Shown here one piece after another: positions 26,269-40,051 of a DNA stretch of 64,000 nt. The translations under genes were made by a program, and so were the position numbers. Source of the DNA: an uncultured Acidimicrobiaceae bacterium. GTDB taxonomy: Bacteria > Actinomycetota > Acidimicrobiia > Spongiisociales > ZC4RG35. The notes under the pieces were generated by a model. It searched no databases. It had not been told where the DNA came from and saw only the letters and a list, made by a program, of their open reading frames with translations. Positions within the stretch are counted from its first letter, which is position 1. Each line of letters begins with the position of its first letter. The stretch lies in NCBI GenBank assembly GCA_964571765.1, contig CAZNDH010000005.1, forward strand, positions 10,427 to 74,426, read 5' to 3'.

Positions 26269-26673
26269 GTGGCTGACGAGATGCCCAAGACCGAGGCCGA
26301 GTGGAGGGTCAAGCTGACCCCCGAGCAATACCACGTGCTCCGCGAGGGTGGCACTGAGCGGGCCTTTACCGGAAGCTATTGGGATTCGAAGAAGCCAGGT
26401 GTCTACCACTGCGCCGGCTGCGGCGCCGAGTTGTTCTCCAGCGACACCAAGTATGAGTCTGGTTCGGGTTGGCCCAGCTTCTACCAGCCGCTGGACACGA
26501 ACATGATCGAGGAGCTGGAGGACCGTTCCTTCGGGATGGTCCGGACCGAGATCCGCTGCTCCAACTGCGGGGGCCATCTCGGCCACGTCTTCGACGATGG
26601 GCCCAACCCCACCGGCCTCCGCTATTGCGTCAACTCGGCTTCGCTGCAACTCGAACAGGACGAGGGGACCTAA
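26269..26673 (+). CDS. msrB: peptide-methionine (R)-S-oxide reductase MsrB
   Basis: '[29 protein letters not shown]', '[16 protein letters not shown]' and catalytic 'RYCVNS'. The GTG start is 3 nt after the NUDIX stop. Confidence 0.93.
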   Translation: MADEMPKTEAEWRVKLTPEQYHVLREGGTERAFTGSYWDSKKPGVYHCAGCGAELFSSDTKYESGSGWPSFYQPLDTNMIEELEDRSFGMVRTEIRCSNCGGHLGHVFDDGPNPTGLRYCVNSASLQLEQDEGT

Positions 26674-27248
26674 GCGCCGCGACGAAAGGACTCCATCACC
26701 TCGACCAGCTCCTCTTCATTTTCGCCCACGGCCGCCTGCTCGATCGCAAGCCGACCCTCGAGCAGCCCGTCCGCATCGACTACGCCGGCGCCGAGGAGCG
26801 TGAGCGCCCCGAGCACCCTGGTGTTCGAGGGGAGGACTTCGAAGCGGAGCTCGGCGATGCCGTCGGCACGGGCCACCGCCACCAGCGCCTCGAACAGGGC
26901 GGTTCCAACTCCGAGCCCCTGGTGTTCGTCGAGGACGGTTACCGCCACCTCGGCCGAGCTCTCGTCGACTCTGATGTAGCGGCCCACTCCTACCCCCAAA
27001 TCGTCGATCACCGCCGCCCAGGCGACATGATCCCGCTGGTCGACATCGCTGAGATAGTCCCACTCGCTCTCGGAGAGCCGGTCCCTACCCTGTCCGAACC
27101 GGGCGAAACGGCTGTCGATCGATAGCTCCTCCAGTCCTTCCACCAGGTAGTGGCGGTCGACTGGTGACAGCGGTGCGAGGACAACCGTCCCGCCGCGCGA
27201 CAGGGGGACCTCGGCCCGCGGCCGATCGGCTGGGATCTCGACACGCAT
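26670..27248 (-). CDS. GNAT family N-acetyltransferase
   Basis: Motif A '[28 protein letters not shown]'. The ATG at 27248 has GGAG 8 nt upstream; the alternative is the ATG at 27260. Confidence 0.7.
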   Translation of the reverse strand: MRVEIPADRPRAEVPLSRGGTVVLAPLSPVDRHYLVEGLEELSIDSRFARFGQGRDRLSESEWDYLSDVDQRDHVAWAAVIDDLGVGVGRYIRVDESSAEVAVTVLDEHQGLGVGTALFEALVAVARADGIAELRFEVLPSNTRVLGALTLLGAGVVDADGLLEGRLAIEQAAVGENEEELVEVMESFRRGA

Positions 27249-27317
27249 GGCAGGCTCCATTGTCGTCGTCGGGCCACGTTGCCGGGCAGGTTACGGTGCG
27301 GGCGGTAACTTCAGGGC

Positions 27318-28241
27318 ATGGCAAGGCAACGTTCGGTCACCGTCACCTCCGACTTCGGGTCGGGACGGCGAGAGTCCCATGACGCCTCTCCGTTCTATGC
27401 CAGGTTCACACCACCCGAGATCACTGCCGACGACCACGTGGCCCCTCCGGCCAGCCTCGACGTCCTCTTCCACGGTGACGCCCGGGAGATGACCTCTGAC
27501 CAGGTAGCCGACCGTTCGGTGGCCCTGGTGGTCACCTCACCTCCCTACTTCGCCGGAAAGGAGTACGAGAGTGATGCCTCGGGCCCCGGTGTGCCCTCCA
27601 ACTACATGGAGTACCTGGTGATGCTGCGGGAGGTGCTCGGGGTCTGCCGCGACAAGCTGGAGCCGGGAGGACGGATGGCGGTCAACGTCGCCAACCTGGG
27701 CCGCAAGCCGTACCGGTCGTTGTCCGCCGACATCATCGGCATCCTCCAGGACGACCTGGGGATGCTCCTCCGTGGCGAGGTGATCTGGAGGAAGGCCAGA
27801 GCCGCCGGTGGCAGCTGTGCCTGGGGCTCGTACATGTCCCCGCAGAACCCGGTCCTCCGTGACGTCACCGAGCGGGTGGTCATCGCCTCGAAGGGTCGGT
27901 TCGACCGAGCCCGAAAACCGGCACAGCGCCGGGCCGAGGGCCTCCCCCACCAACCAACCATCGCCGCAGAGGAGTTCCTCGAGGCCACCGTGGATGTCTG
28001 GGAGATCCCCCCGGAGAGCGCCACCCGGGTTGGCCATCCCGCCCCCTTCCCGGTGACCCTGCCCCGCCGCCTCATCGAGCTGTACACCTACCGGTGGGAT
28101 CTGGTGCTCGACCCGTTCATCGGTTCGGGCTCGACTGCGGTGGCCGCGGTCGAGACCGAACGGCACTACGTCGGGTTCGACACCGATCGGGGCTACCTCG
28201 ACCTGGCGGAGGAGCGCCTCGCCCAGGTGGTGGTGGGATGA
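27318..28241 (+). CDS. site-specific DNA methyltransferase, beta-class N4/N6 family with an SPPY catalytic motif (m4C-like)
   Basis: Motif IV 'LVVTSPPYFAGKEY' is N-terminal and AdoMet motif I 'VLDPFIGSGSTAVAA' is C-terminal (the beta permutation). 'HPAPFPVTLPRRLIELYT' is also present. Confidence 0.85.
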   Translation: MARQRSVTVTSDFGSGRRESHDASPFYARFTPPEITADDHVAPPASLDVLFHGDAREMTSDQVADRSVALVVTSPPYFAGKEYESDASGPGVPSNYMEYLVMLREVLGVCRDKLEPGGRMAVNVANLGRKPYRSLSADIIGILQDDLGMLLRGEVIWRKARAAGGSCAWGSYMSPQNPVLRDVTERVVIASKGRFDRARKPAQRRAEGLPHQPTIAAEEFLEATVDVWEIPPESATRVGHPAPFPVTLPRRLIELYTYRWDLVLDPFIGSGSTAVAAVETERHYVGFDTDRGYLDLAEERLAQVVVG

Positions 28242-28705
28242 GGGCCCTCGTGGTCTGCGCCGGCAACATCTGTCGGTCACCGGCCGCCGAGGCTGCCATC
28301 GAAGAAGCCGCCCGACGTGCAGGCATCGTGTTGGACCTGGACTCGGCGGGCACTGGTTCGTGGCACGTCGGCGACCCGCCGCACCATCAGATGGTCGAGG
28401 CGGGACGTCGTGCCGGGCTGGAGATCACCGGTCGGGCGCGGAAGTTCACCGCCGCCGACTTCGACCGGTTCGACGCCATCCTGGTGATGGATCGATCCAA
28501 TCTCCGCCATGTCCTCGACCTGGCACCGTCACTCGAGGCCCGGGCCAAGGTGCGTCTCTTCCGCACCTACGACCCGGAAGCCGAAGAAGAGGAGGTCCCC
28601 GACCCGTACGGCGGGCCTGACCATGGCTACGACCGGACGGTGTCCATAGTCCGTGCCGCCGCCGCCGGCTTCGTCGACTCCCTGGTGTCAGCCGGTGTGG
28701 AGTGA
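28238..28705 (+). CDS. low-molecular-weight protein-tyrosine phosphatase
   Basis: ATGA overlap with the methyltransferase stop. P-loop 'VCAGNICRSPAAEA' (CX5R-S) and the Asp loop 'VPDPYGG'. Confidence 0.88.
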   Translation: MRALVVCAGNICRSPAAEAAIEEAARRAGIVLDLDSAGTGSWHVGDPPHHQMVEAGRRAGLEITGRARKFTAADFDRFDAILVMDRSNLRHVLDLAPSLEARAKVRLFRTYDPEAEEEEVPDPYGGPDHGYDRTVSIVRAAAAGFVDSLVSAGVE

Positions 28706-29395
28706 GCGGTATCCGGTGAGGAGGAAGTCGACGGCGGTCTCCACCGGATCCTCTGAACCCACCACGTCGGCGTAGGCCAGGCTGGCCCCCTTGAAGGCGG
28801 TGTCGTTCCAGAATCGGTCGGACCGGTCGATCTCCCCCCATGCCGACACGTAGAAGTAGGGCTCGGGATGGGCGTGGTCTCCCGGCGACACCCCATAGCT
28901 CGCCTTCCGGCCCGCTGCCTCGTCGCCGGCCTCGGTGGCCAGGTCGAAGTGCTCCGGCCACAGCCAGATCTCGGTGATGTCGGCTTGCCGGCCCAAACCC
29001 TGCAGGACCTGTTGGCCGAGGGCAAACACCTCTGCGATGAACCGGCTCGCCTCCCGGTCCACTCCCAAGGGGGCTTCGAGTGGCAGCGGCTCCAGCTCGT
29101 CACGGAAGCCCTCGAACCAATTGGGGTCGAAGACGCCGCCGAAGAAGTCGATGGCATCGCCGAGGGTGGTGATGGTTCGGGTGGCGACGGTGTCCTCACC
29201 CTCGTCGACGAGAAGGTCTCCATCGAGACGGAGCACCCGGCCGTCCATTGGAGGTGTGCCGAATCCACCGGGAGATACCACCAGTCCCATCCTCCCGGAG
29301 TGGCGGTAGCGGGCCGGGGCCAGGACGAAGTAGACCAGTTGATGCAATGCATGGCGAGTCTGCTCCAAACCCCCCGGGATAGCTGGCGAGGTCAT
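28688..29395 (-). CDS. conserved-looking hypothetical protein, 235 aa
   Basis: ATG-started ORF with normal composition ('EIWLWPEHFDLATE...ASYGVSPGDHAHPEPYFYVSAWG'). No family is recognised with confidence. The 3' end overlaps the PTP gene by 18 nt (convergent). Confidence 0.55.
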   Translation of the reverse strand: MTSPAIPGGLEQTRHALHQLVYFVLAPARYRHSGRMGLVVSPGGFGTPPMDGRVLRLDGDLLVDEGEDTVATRTITTLGDAIDFFGGVFDPNWFEGFRDELEPLPLEAPLGVDREASRFIAEVFALGQQVLQGLGRQADITEIWLWPEHFDLATEAGDEAAGRKASYGVSPGDHAHPEPYFYVSAWGEIDRSDRFWNDTAFKGASLAYADVVGSEDPVETAVDFLLTGYRSLHTG

Positions 29396-29469
29396 GGGCG
29401 CTCCATTCGGAAGGCCACGGTAGACCCGGAGTCCTTCTTGCGAGCACTGGCGCCACCCCTACACCACTG

Positions 29470-29946
29470 GTGCCCACGGAACGGCTGGCGGTGGTCTACG
29501 GTTCACCCGGCATGAGCAGGTGGAGCGAGGGGGTCCTCGCCGTGGTGATCGTCCTCGTCTTCGGGCTGGGGATGTACCTCTATGCAGCCGAGGGCTCCTC
29601 GGCGCCCGGGTCGGGATCGGGGACGACTGTCCCGGTCGAAGTCGACCCGGCGGCGGTGACCCGGGGTGAGGCCGCCGCCAACGGCGCCGGCTGCCTGATC
29701 TGCCACTCGGTCGATGGTTCGTCAGGTACCGGCCCCACCTTCAAGGGCCTCTACGGGTCGAGCCGTCCCCTGACCACCGGCGAGTTCGTCACCGCCGACG
29801 ATTCCTACCTGCTCACCTCGATCATCGACCCCGAGGCACAGGTCGTCGAAGGGTTCGACCCCGTGATGCCTGCCGAGTTCGAGAGCATGCTCACCACGGA
29901 GGAGATCGAGGACATCGTCGCCTTCATCAAGTCGCTGGCTTCTTAG
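29470..29946 (+). CDS. membrane-anchored class I c-type cytochrome
   Basis: N-terminal TM 'GVLAVVIVLVFGLGMYLYA', haem motif 'CLICHSVDG', 'GPTFKGLYG', distal Met region 'DPVMP'. The start may instead be the ATG at 29512. Confidence 0.75.
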   Translation: MPTERLAVVYGSPGMSRWSEGVLAVVIVLVFGLGMYLYAAEGSSAPGSGSGTTVPVEVDPAAVTRGEAAANGAGCLICHSVDGSSGTGPTFKGLYGSSRPLTTGEFVTADDSYLLTSIIDPEAQVVEGFDPVMPAEFESMLTTEEIEDIVAFIKSLAS

Positions 29947-30109
29947 CCTCGCTTCGGCCGGCTGTCCTCTGTACCGCACTGTCGCCCTCGTCTGAGGGAG
30001 ATCGGCGGCAACCGCCAAGTCGTCATCGGGGGACCTCGGTCGATGAGAGGTCGTGCCCCCCTCGCCTCCTTCGCGCGGTCCCCGCGGTTCGCGGGGGTGT
30101 CGGCGGAAT

Positions 30110-30138
30110 ATGACACGACCCGACTCAGGTTGTAGTAT
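30110..30138 (+). promoter_or_regulatory. candidate sigma-70-type promoter of the dnaK operon
   Basis: -35-like ATGACA (30110-15), a 17-nt spacer, and -10-like TAGTAT (30133-38), about 34 nt upstream of the dnaK ATG in a locally AT-richer stretch. ACTCAG/ACTCAA half-site-like motifs flank it. Confidence 0.35.
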
Positions 30139-30168
30139 CGGCGAACACTCAACTACTCGGAGGTTTGA

Positions 30169-32568
<2,400 letters not shown>

Positions 32569-32572
<4 letters not shown>

Positions 32573-33684
32573 ACCGCGACTGGATCGACAAGGACTTCTA
32601 CCAGACCCTCGGAGTCGACAAAGAGGCCAGTGCCGACGAGATCAAGAGGGCTTACCGCAAGTTGGCCCAGCAACATCACCCCGACGCCAACCCAGGCGAC
32701 TCCGCGGCAGAGGAGAGGTTCAAGGAGATCTCCGAGGCCTACGCCACCTTGTCCAACTCGGAACAGCGCAAGGAATACGACCAGGTGCGGAGGCTGGCGG
32801 GCACCGGGGGGTTCGCCGGCCCGGGCGGGTTTGGCGGGTTCGGCGGTCAGCAGGTCAGGGTGGAGGACCTCCAGGACCTGCTCGGCGGGCTTGGCGGCCT
32901 CGGCGACATCTTCGGCTTCGGCTCGGGGGCGGGCCGGGGAGGCCCGGTGCGGGGGGCCGACATCCAAACCGAGCTGAGCATCGGATTCGACGACGCCGCC
33001 CAGGGCCTGACCACCGCGGTGACAGTGCGAGGGGCGGCCACCTGTTCCCGCTGCGGTGGGAACGGTGCCGAGCCAGGGACCACGGTCCAGACCTGCCCTA
33101 CCTGCAACGGGCGGGGTACGGTGGCCCAGAACCAGGGCTTCTTCTCCTTCTCCCAGCCCTGCCCGCAGTGCCGGGGTGCCGGCCGGATCATCGAAACCCC
33201 TTGCCGCACCTGTCGGGGCGCCGGGACCGAGGAGAGGTCGCGCCGGGTCAGGCTGAAGGTCCCCGCCGGGGTGAGGGACGGCAGCGTGCTGCGACTCCCC
33301 GGCAAGGGTGGCGCCGGAATCAATGGTGGTCCTCCGGGAGACGTGCTGGTCAAGATCCGAGTGGCGTCCAGCCCTATCTTTGGCCGCCGGGGCAACGACC
33401 TGACCATCACCGTGCCGGTCACCTACAGCGAAGCCACCTTGGGGACGCGCATCGAGGTACCCACGCTCAACGGGAAGGTGAAGGTAAAGGTCCCCTCGGG
33501 CACTCCCAGCGGGAAGACGTTCCGGGTGCGGGGAAGAGGGATCGCTCCCGAGACCGGCCGACCCGGCGACCTCCTGGTCACCGTGCAGGTGGCGGTCCCC
33601 TCCAAGGTGTCCCGTGAGGAGAGAAAGCTCCTCGAGGAACTCGCTGCCCTCGAAACCGACGACCCCCGTGCCCATCTGGGATGA
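32569..33684 (+). CDS. dnaJ: molecular chaperone DnaJ
   Basis: ATGA overlap with grpE. J-domain 'KAYRKLAQQHHPDANPGD', a G-rich region, and four CxxCxGxG zinc repeats ('CSRCGGNG', 'CPTCNGRG', 'CPQCRGAG', 'CRTCRGAG'). Confidence 0.96.
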
Positions 33685-33696
33685 TTGGAGTGTCAT

Positions 33697-34092
33697 ATGA
33701 GTGAGCCGTCTCGAGCCGTCTTCGTGATCTCGGTGGCCGCTGAGCTCGCCGGGATGCACCCCCAGACATTGCGTATCTATGAGCGCAAAGGTCTCATCGA
33801 CCCCTTCCGCACCCCAGGGGGCACCCGTCGCTACTCCCAGGATGACATCGAACGCCTCCAGCTCATCCAGGAGCTGACCAGCGAGGGCCTCAACCTGGAA
33901 GGCGTACGACGGGTGCTCAACCTCCAAGAGGAGAACCGTCAGCTCAAGAGGAAGCTGAGCCGTCTGCGCGACAAACTGGACGACATGGAGGAGGAGGTGG
34001 AGCGGCGCATCGAAGACGTAGCCCGCTCCCACCGCCGGGAGATCGTGCTCCGCAGCCAGGTGGCCAACATCCTGGGACAGGTGAAGAGGTGA
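33697..34092 (+). CDS. hspR: MerR-family heat-shock repressor HspR
   Basis: '[40 protein letters not shown]' HTH, then a coiled-coil tail. Fourth gene of the dnaK operon. GGAG lies 6 nt upstream of the ATG at 33697. Confidence 0.88.
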   Translation: MSEPSRAVFVISVAAELAGMHPQTLRIYERKGLIDPFRTPGGTRRYSQDDIERLQLIQELTSEGLNLEGVRRVLNLQEENRQLKRKLSRLRDKLDDMEEEVERRIEDVARSHRREIVLRSQVANILGQVKR

Positions 34093-34418
34093 GCACCGAG
34101 GCGCCATCCACCCGGAGATACCAGGGCCCGGTGCGGATCCTGGGGAGCGACGGCTACCTGCTCACCACCGGCTCCGCCGAGCTCGAGGCCGATGTGGAGA
34201 CGGGGAGCTGGAGGGGAATGTTGCAGACGCTGCGGGGTGACGCGGTGGCGGGCAAGGCCCTGGTCGTCGAGATCGAGACCACCGGTGGCGGACGGGGACG
34301 TTCCCAGCTCACCCCCGCCGGCGAGAGCGGCGAGCGTTCCTACTCCAAGATCACCGGGCTAGGACCCGGCTGGCCGTTCCAGCCGACAGCCGACCAGGGT
34401 CAGGCCAACGGACCCTGA
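34089..34418 (+). CDS. hypothetical small protein (109 aa) coupled to hspR
   Basis: The GTG at 34089 forms a GTGA overlap with the hspR stop. Beta-rich sequence '[38 protein letters not shown]'. No family is confidently recognised. Confidence 0.45.
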   Translation: MSTEAPSTRRYQGPVRILGSDGYLLTTGSAELEADVETGSWRGMLQTLRGDAVAGKALVVEIETTGGGRGRSQLTPAGESGERSYSKITGLGPGWPFQPTADQGQANGP

Positions 34419-34482
34419 GTTTGCGTGCTCCGAGATGCCTACCCCGGTGAGTCGGCCTGACTCGAGAGCCTGACAGAATGGG

Positions 34483-35162
34483 GTGATGGAACTGCCCGTC
34501 GGCGACCTGGTCGAACCGGTGGATGGGGTGCCTGCACTGGGGCGACGTCCTCTCGTAGGGAGGTCGGTCCGGCTCCGAGAGCCCGACCCCCGAGCGGACA
34601 CCGCCACCACCTACCCGGCGACCCACGGCAGCCCCGAGACGGAGGCGGTGTGGGCCTATATGGGTTACGGACCGTTCCCCGACCCGGGGACCATGGCCGA
34701 CTGGATCGCCGAGACCGCCCGCAGCACCGACCCACTCTGGTTCACAGTCGCCGATGAGGATGACCGTGCCGTGGGGATGGCGGCCTTGTTGAACCACCAC
34801 GCAGAACATCGTCGGATCGAGTTGGGCCACATCTGGTACGTACCCGGGGTTCACCGCACCGGAGTGAACACCGAGGCGGCGTACCTGATGCTGGATGAGG
34901 CGTTCGAGCGTTACCGGTGCCGGCGGGTGGAGTGGAAGTGCGACAGCCTCAACCAGCCGTCACGTCATGCCGCCACCCGTCTCGGGCTCACCTATGAAGG
35001 CACCTTTCGCAACCACATGATTGTCAAGGGCCACAACCGGGACACCTCGTGGTACTCCCTGACCGACGACGCATGGCCTCGGGTCCGGTCACTCCTTCGG
35101 GAGTGGCTCGACCACCCCGATCCCAAGCCATCGTTGTCGGCGACGATGTCGCTCCTCCCCGA

Positions 35163-35166
<4 letters not shown>
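34483..35166 (+). CDS. GNAT family N-acetyltransferase (RimJ/RimL-like)
   Basis: '[72 protein letters not shown]'. The start is the GTG at 34483 or the ATG at 34486. Confidence 0.75.
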
Positions 35167-37730
<2,564 letters not shown>

Positions 37731-37834
37731 GAGCCATTGAGCCTAGCAAGAAATCTGAGTCCAATCATATCAATCTCAACACTCCGGGTCAGCTGTTTCT
37801 TTCCCATTATCCAGTCTTTGAATCAGTCACGGAC

Positions 37835-37864
37835 TTGACGGATTCTGGCGCCACCCGGTATCCT
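37835..37864 (+). promoter_or_regulatory. candidate padR promoter giving a leaderless or near-leaderless mRNA
   Basis: TTGACG (37835-40), an 18-nt spacer, and TATCCT (37859-64). The padR ATG is 8 nt after the -10 hexamer. GGTATC is repeated at 37857-62 and 37874-79. Confidence 0.35.
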
Positions 37865-37871
37865 GTAGGAC

Positions 37872-38225
37872 ATGGTATCTGGAGGCGCACGACAGGACCG
37901 GGGCACCCAGCTGCTCCATGGGGTCCTCGACATGTGCCTGCTGTCGATCATCGACGAAGAGAGCTCGTATGGATACGAGATGGCGCACAAGCTCACCGAG
38001 CGGGGGCTGAGTCTGGCCAGCGAGGGCTCGATCTATCCGATCCTCTCCCGTCTTCAAAAGCAAGGGATGATCGAGGGGTACCTGGTACAGAGCTCCGAAG
38101 GCCCGGCGCGCAAGTACTACCGGATGACCCCAAGGGGACGCAAAGCGCTGACCTCCTGGCTCGACGAGTGGCGGAGGTTCCGCAGCGCGGTCGACTCGGT
38201 GATCGGAGGTGGTGATGCTCGCTGA
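37872..38225 (+). CDS. PadR family transcriptional regulator
   Basis: 'LDMCLLSIIDEESSYGYEMAHKL...GSIYPILSRLQKQGMIEGYLVQSSEGPARKYYRMTPRGRKAL' winged-HTH signature. Confidence 0.88.
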   Translation: MVSGGARQDRGTQLLHGVLDMCLLSIIDEESSYGYEMAHKLTERGLSLASEGSIYPILSRLQKQGMIEGYLVQSSEGPARKYYRMTPRGRKALTSWLDEWRRFRSAVDSVIGGGDAR

Positions 38226-38994
38226 CCGGCAAAGAGTGATCGCCGACCTGACCCACTACTGGAAGGAGGCAGGACTGGGCCGGCGGGCCATCGAGGAGAT
38301 GCGCGCCGAACTGGAACAGCACCTCCTCGACGCCGAGGATCACGGGGAGACGGTCGACCTGGTGATCAGCGACCTCGCCGAGCTGGCCGAGGAGTGGGCC
38401 GCGGCCAGGGTGGGGCGTAGGGTGGCATCGTGGGAAGATGTCCACAGTGGAAGGACGAGAAGGGAAAGAGAGGCCCGACGGGAAGCCGGGCTTTACGGCT
38501 TCGCCGCCCTCGCCTTGGTGAGCGCGGCGGCAGTCGCCGGACAAGGAGGTAGCAGCTTGGACAATGAGACCTGGCGCTGGTTGTGGACGATCTTCGCGAT
38601 CGCCATGGGCATCGGCGAGATATTCACCGCGGGGTTCTTCCTCCTCCCCTTTGCCATCGGGGCGGCGGCGGCTGCCATCCTCGCCTGGCTCAACGTGACT
38701 GGCGTAGCCCAGTGGTTGGTCTTCTTCGGGGTGTCGGCGTTCTCCTTCGCCTACCTACGGCGCTACATCGGGCGTCAGGACCAGAGCGAGCAGCCCCGCG
38801 TTGGGGCCAACCGTTGGACCGGGGCCGAGGGTGTGGTCCTCGAGGCCATCGACCCGCTCAGCGGGACCGGCATGGTCCGCATACTCAACGAGGAGTGGCG
38901 GGCCACTGCCCTGGGGCGCATCGAGACCGGGACCAGGGTGATGGTCAGCGAGGTCAAGGGGACCAGGTTGGTGGTGGAGCCAATCGAGGGTTGA
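38209..38994 (+). CDS. membrane protein: DUF1700-like helical N-terminal module fused to NfeD (TM helices plus a C-terminal OB fold)
   Basis: Overlaps the padR 3' end by 17 nt. N-terminus '[40 protein letters not shown]'. TM region '[40 protein letters not shown]'. NfeD OB '[30 protein letters not shown]...[16 protein letters not shown]'. An internal start cannot be excluded. Confidence 0.68.
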   Translation: MVMLADRQRVIADLTHYWKEAGLGRRAIEEMRAELEQHLLDAEDHGETVDLVISDLAELAEEWAAARVGRRVASWEDVHSGRTRREREARREAGLYGFAALALVSAAAVAGQGGSSLDNETWRWLWTIFAIAMGIGEIFTAGFFLLPFAIGAAAAAILAWLNVTGVAQWLVFFGVSAFSFAYLRRYIGRQDQSEQPRVGANRWTGAEGVVLEAIDPLSGTGMVRILNEEWRATALGRIETGTRVMVSEVKGTRLVVEPIEG

Positions 38995-39025
38995 GAATCG
39001 ATTCAATAGAGAGAGAAAGGGACAT

Positions 39026-39952
39026 ATGGATGCCGTAATCGTTCTGTTCGCCGTCCTGGCGTTGACGCTGATCGTCGTCGCCGCGGCCGGCTTCAAGGTG
39101 GTGAGGCCTTACCAGAAGGGTCTGATCGAGTTCCTCGGCCGGTATGAGAAGACCGTGGACTCCGGTTTGCGTTGGGTGATGCCGTTCATCAAGCGGATCA
39201 TCAAGGTCGACATGCGGGAACAGGTGGTCGACGTGCCGCCCCAGGACGTGATCACCAAGGACAACGTGGTGGTGACCGTGGACGCCGTGATCTACTTCGA
39301 GCCGACCGACCCGGTCAAACTCCAGTACAACGTGGCCAACTTCATCATGGCCGTCACCAAGCTTGCCCAGACCAACCTGAGGAACGTGGTCGGCGACCTC
39401 GACCTGGACTCGGCGCTGACCTCCCGTGAGGTGATCAACGCCAAGCTCCGGTCGATCCTCGACGACGCCACCGACAAGTGGGGCGTCCGGGTGGTCCGAG
39501 TTGAGATCCAAAGGATCGAGCCGCCGGTCGACGTCACCGAGGCGATGCACCGTCAGATGAAGGCGGAGCGCGAGCGTAGAGCCGCGGTCACCGAGGCCGA
39601 GGGCTCGAAGCGGGCCGCCATCCTCACCGCCGAAGGCGTCAAGGAGAGCCAGGTCCTCGAAGCCGAAGGCCAGGCTGAGGCTATCCGCCGGGTGGCCGAC
39701 GCCGAGAAGTACCAGAAGCTCACCGTGGCCGAGGGTGAGGGACAGGCAATCGAGCGGGTGTTCGCCGCCATCCACAACGGGGACCCCACCCCCGACCTGA
39801 TCGCCATCCGCTATCTGGAGACGCTACAAGAAGTAGCCGACGGCCGGGCGACCAAGATCTTCCTCCCCCTCGACACCTCCGGTGTCCTCGGGTCGGTTGC
39901 CGCCATCGGCGAGATGTTCAGAGAAGCGGGCTCCAACCAGGCCAGCCAGTAG
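39026..39952 (+). CDS. SPFH/band-7 (stomatin/HflKC-like) family protein
   Basis: N-terminal TM helix, then '[16 protein letters not shown]', '[21 protein letters not shown]', '[18 protein letters not shown]', and a coiled coil '[18 protein letters not shown]'. Confidence 0.9.
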   Translation: MDAVIVLFAVLALTLIVVAAAGFKVVRPYQKGLIEFLGRYEKTVDSGLRWVMPFIKRIIKVDMREQVVDVPPQDVITKDNVVVTVDAVIYFEPTDPVKLQYNVANFIMAVTKLAQTNLRNVVGDLDLDSALTSREVINAKLRSILDDATDKWGVRVVRVEIQRIEPPVDVTEAMHRQMKAERERRAAVTEAEGSKRAAILTAEGVKESQVLEAEGQAEAIRRVADAEKYQKLTVAEGEGQAIERVFAAIHNGDPTPDLIAIRYLETLQEVADGRATKIFLPLDTSGVLGSVAAIGEMFREAGSNQASQ

Positions 39953-39958
39953 GTGTGG

Positions 39959-40051
39959 CACGCCGGGGTGGTCGATCCACCATCCCGGCGTGTGCACCGA
40001 CCGCCCGCCACGCCAGGTCCATGCACACGCATGGACCTGGCGTGTGCACCA
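39959..40051 (+). repeat. two tandem hairpin units sharing CACGCC...GGCGTG-TGCACC with different internal arms
   Basis: Unit 1 (39959-39992) has a 14-bp stem with one G.T pair. Unit 2 (40009-40044) has a perfect 16-bp stem 'CACGCCAGGTCCATGC acac GCATGGACCTGGCGTG'. Each is followed by TGCACC. Confidence 0.6.
40009..40044 (+). terminator. strong stem-loop downstream of the SPFH gene (candidate factor-independent terminator without a U-tract)
   Basis: Perfect 16-bp inverted repeat with a 4-nt loop, 57 nt after the stop at 39952. Confidence 0.45.

Noticed and set aside
27318-28241. The methyltransferase as part of a restriction-modification or other defence system
   Set aside because: The neighbours are a GNAT, an LMW-PTP and a hypothetical protein with no nuclease, helicase or ATPase motifs that I can see. 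It is called an orphan methyltransferase instead.
39959-40051. A possible CRISPR array, suggested by the repeated CACGCC...GGCGTGTGCACC units
   Set aside because: There are only two units. Each unit is itself a hairpin rather than a repeat-spacer pair. There is no regular periodicity and there are no cas genes in the window.
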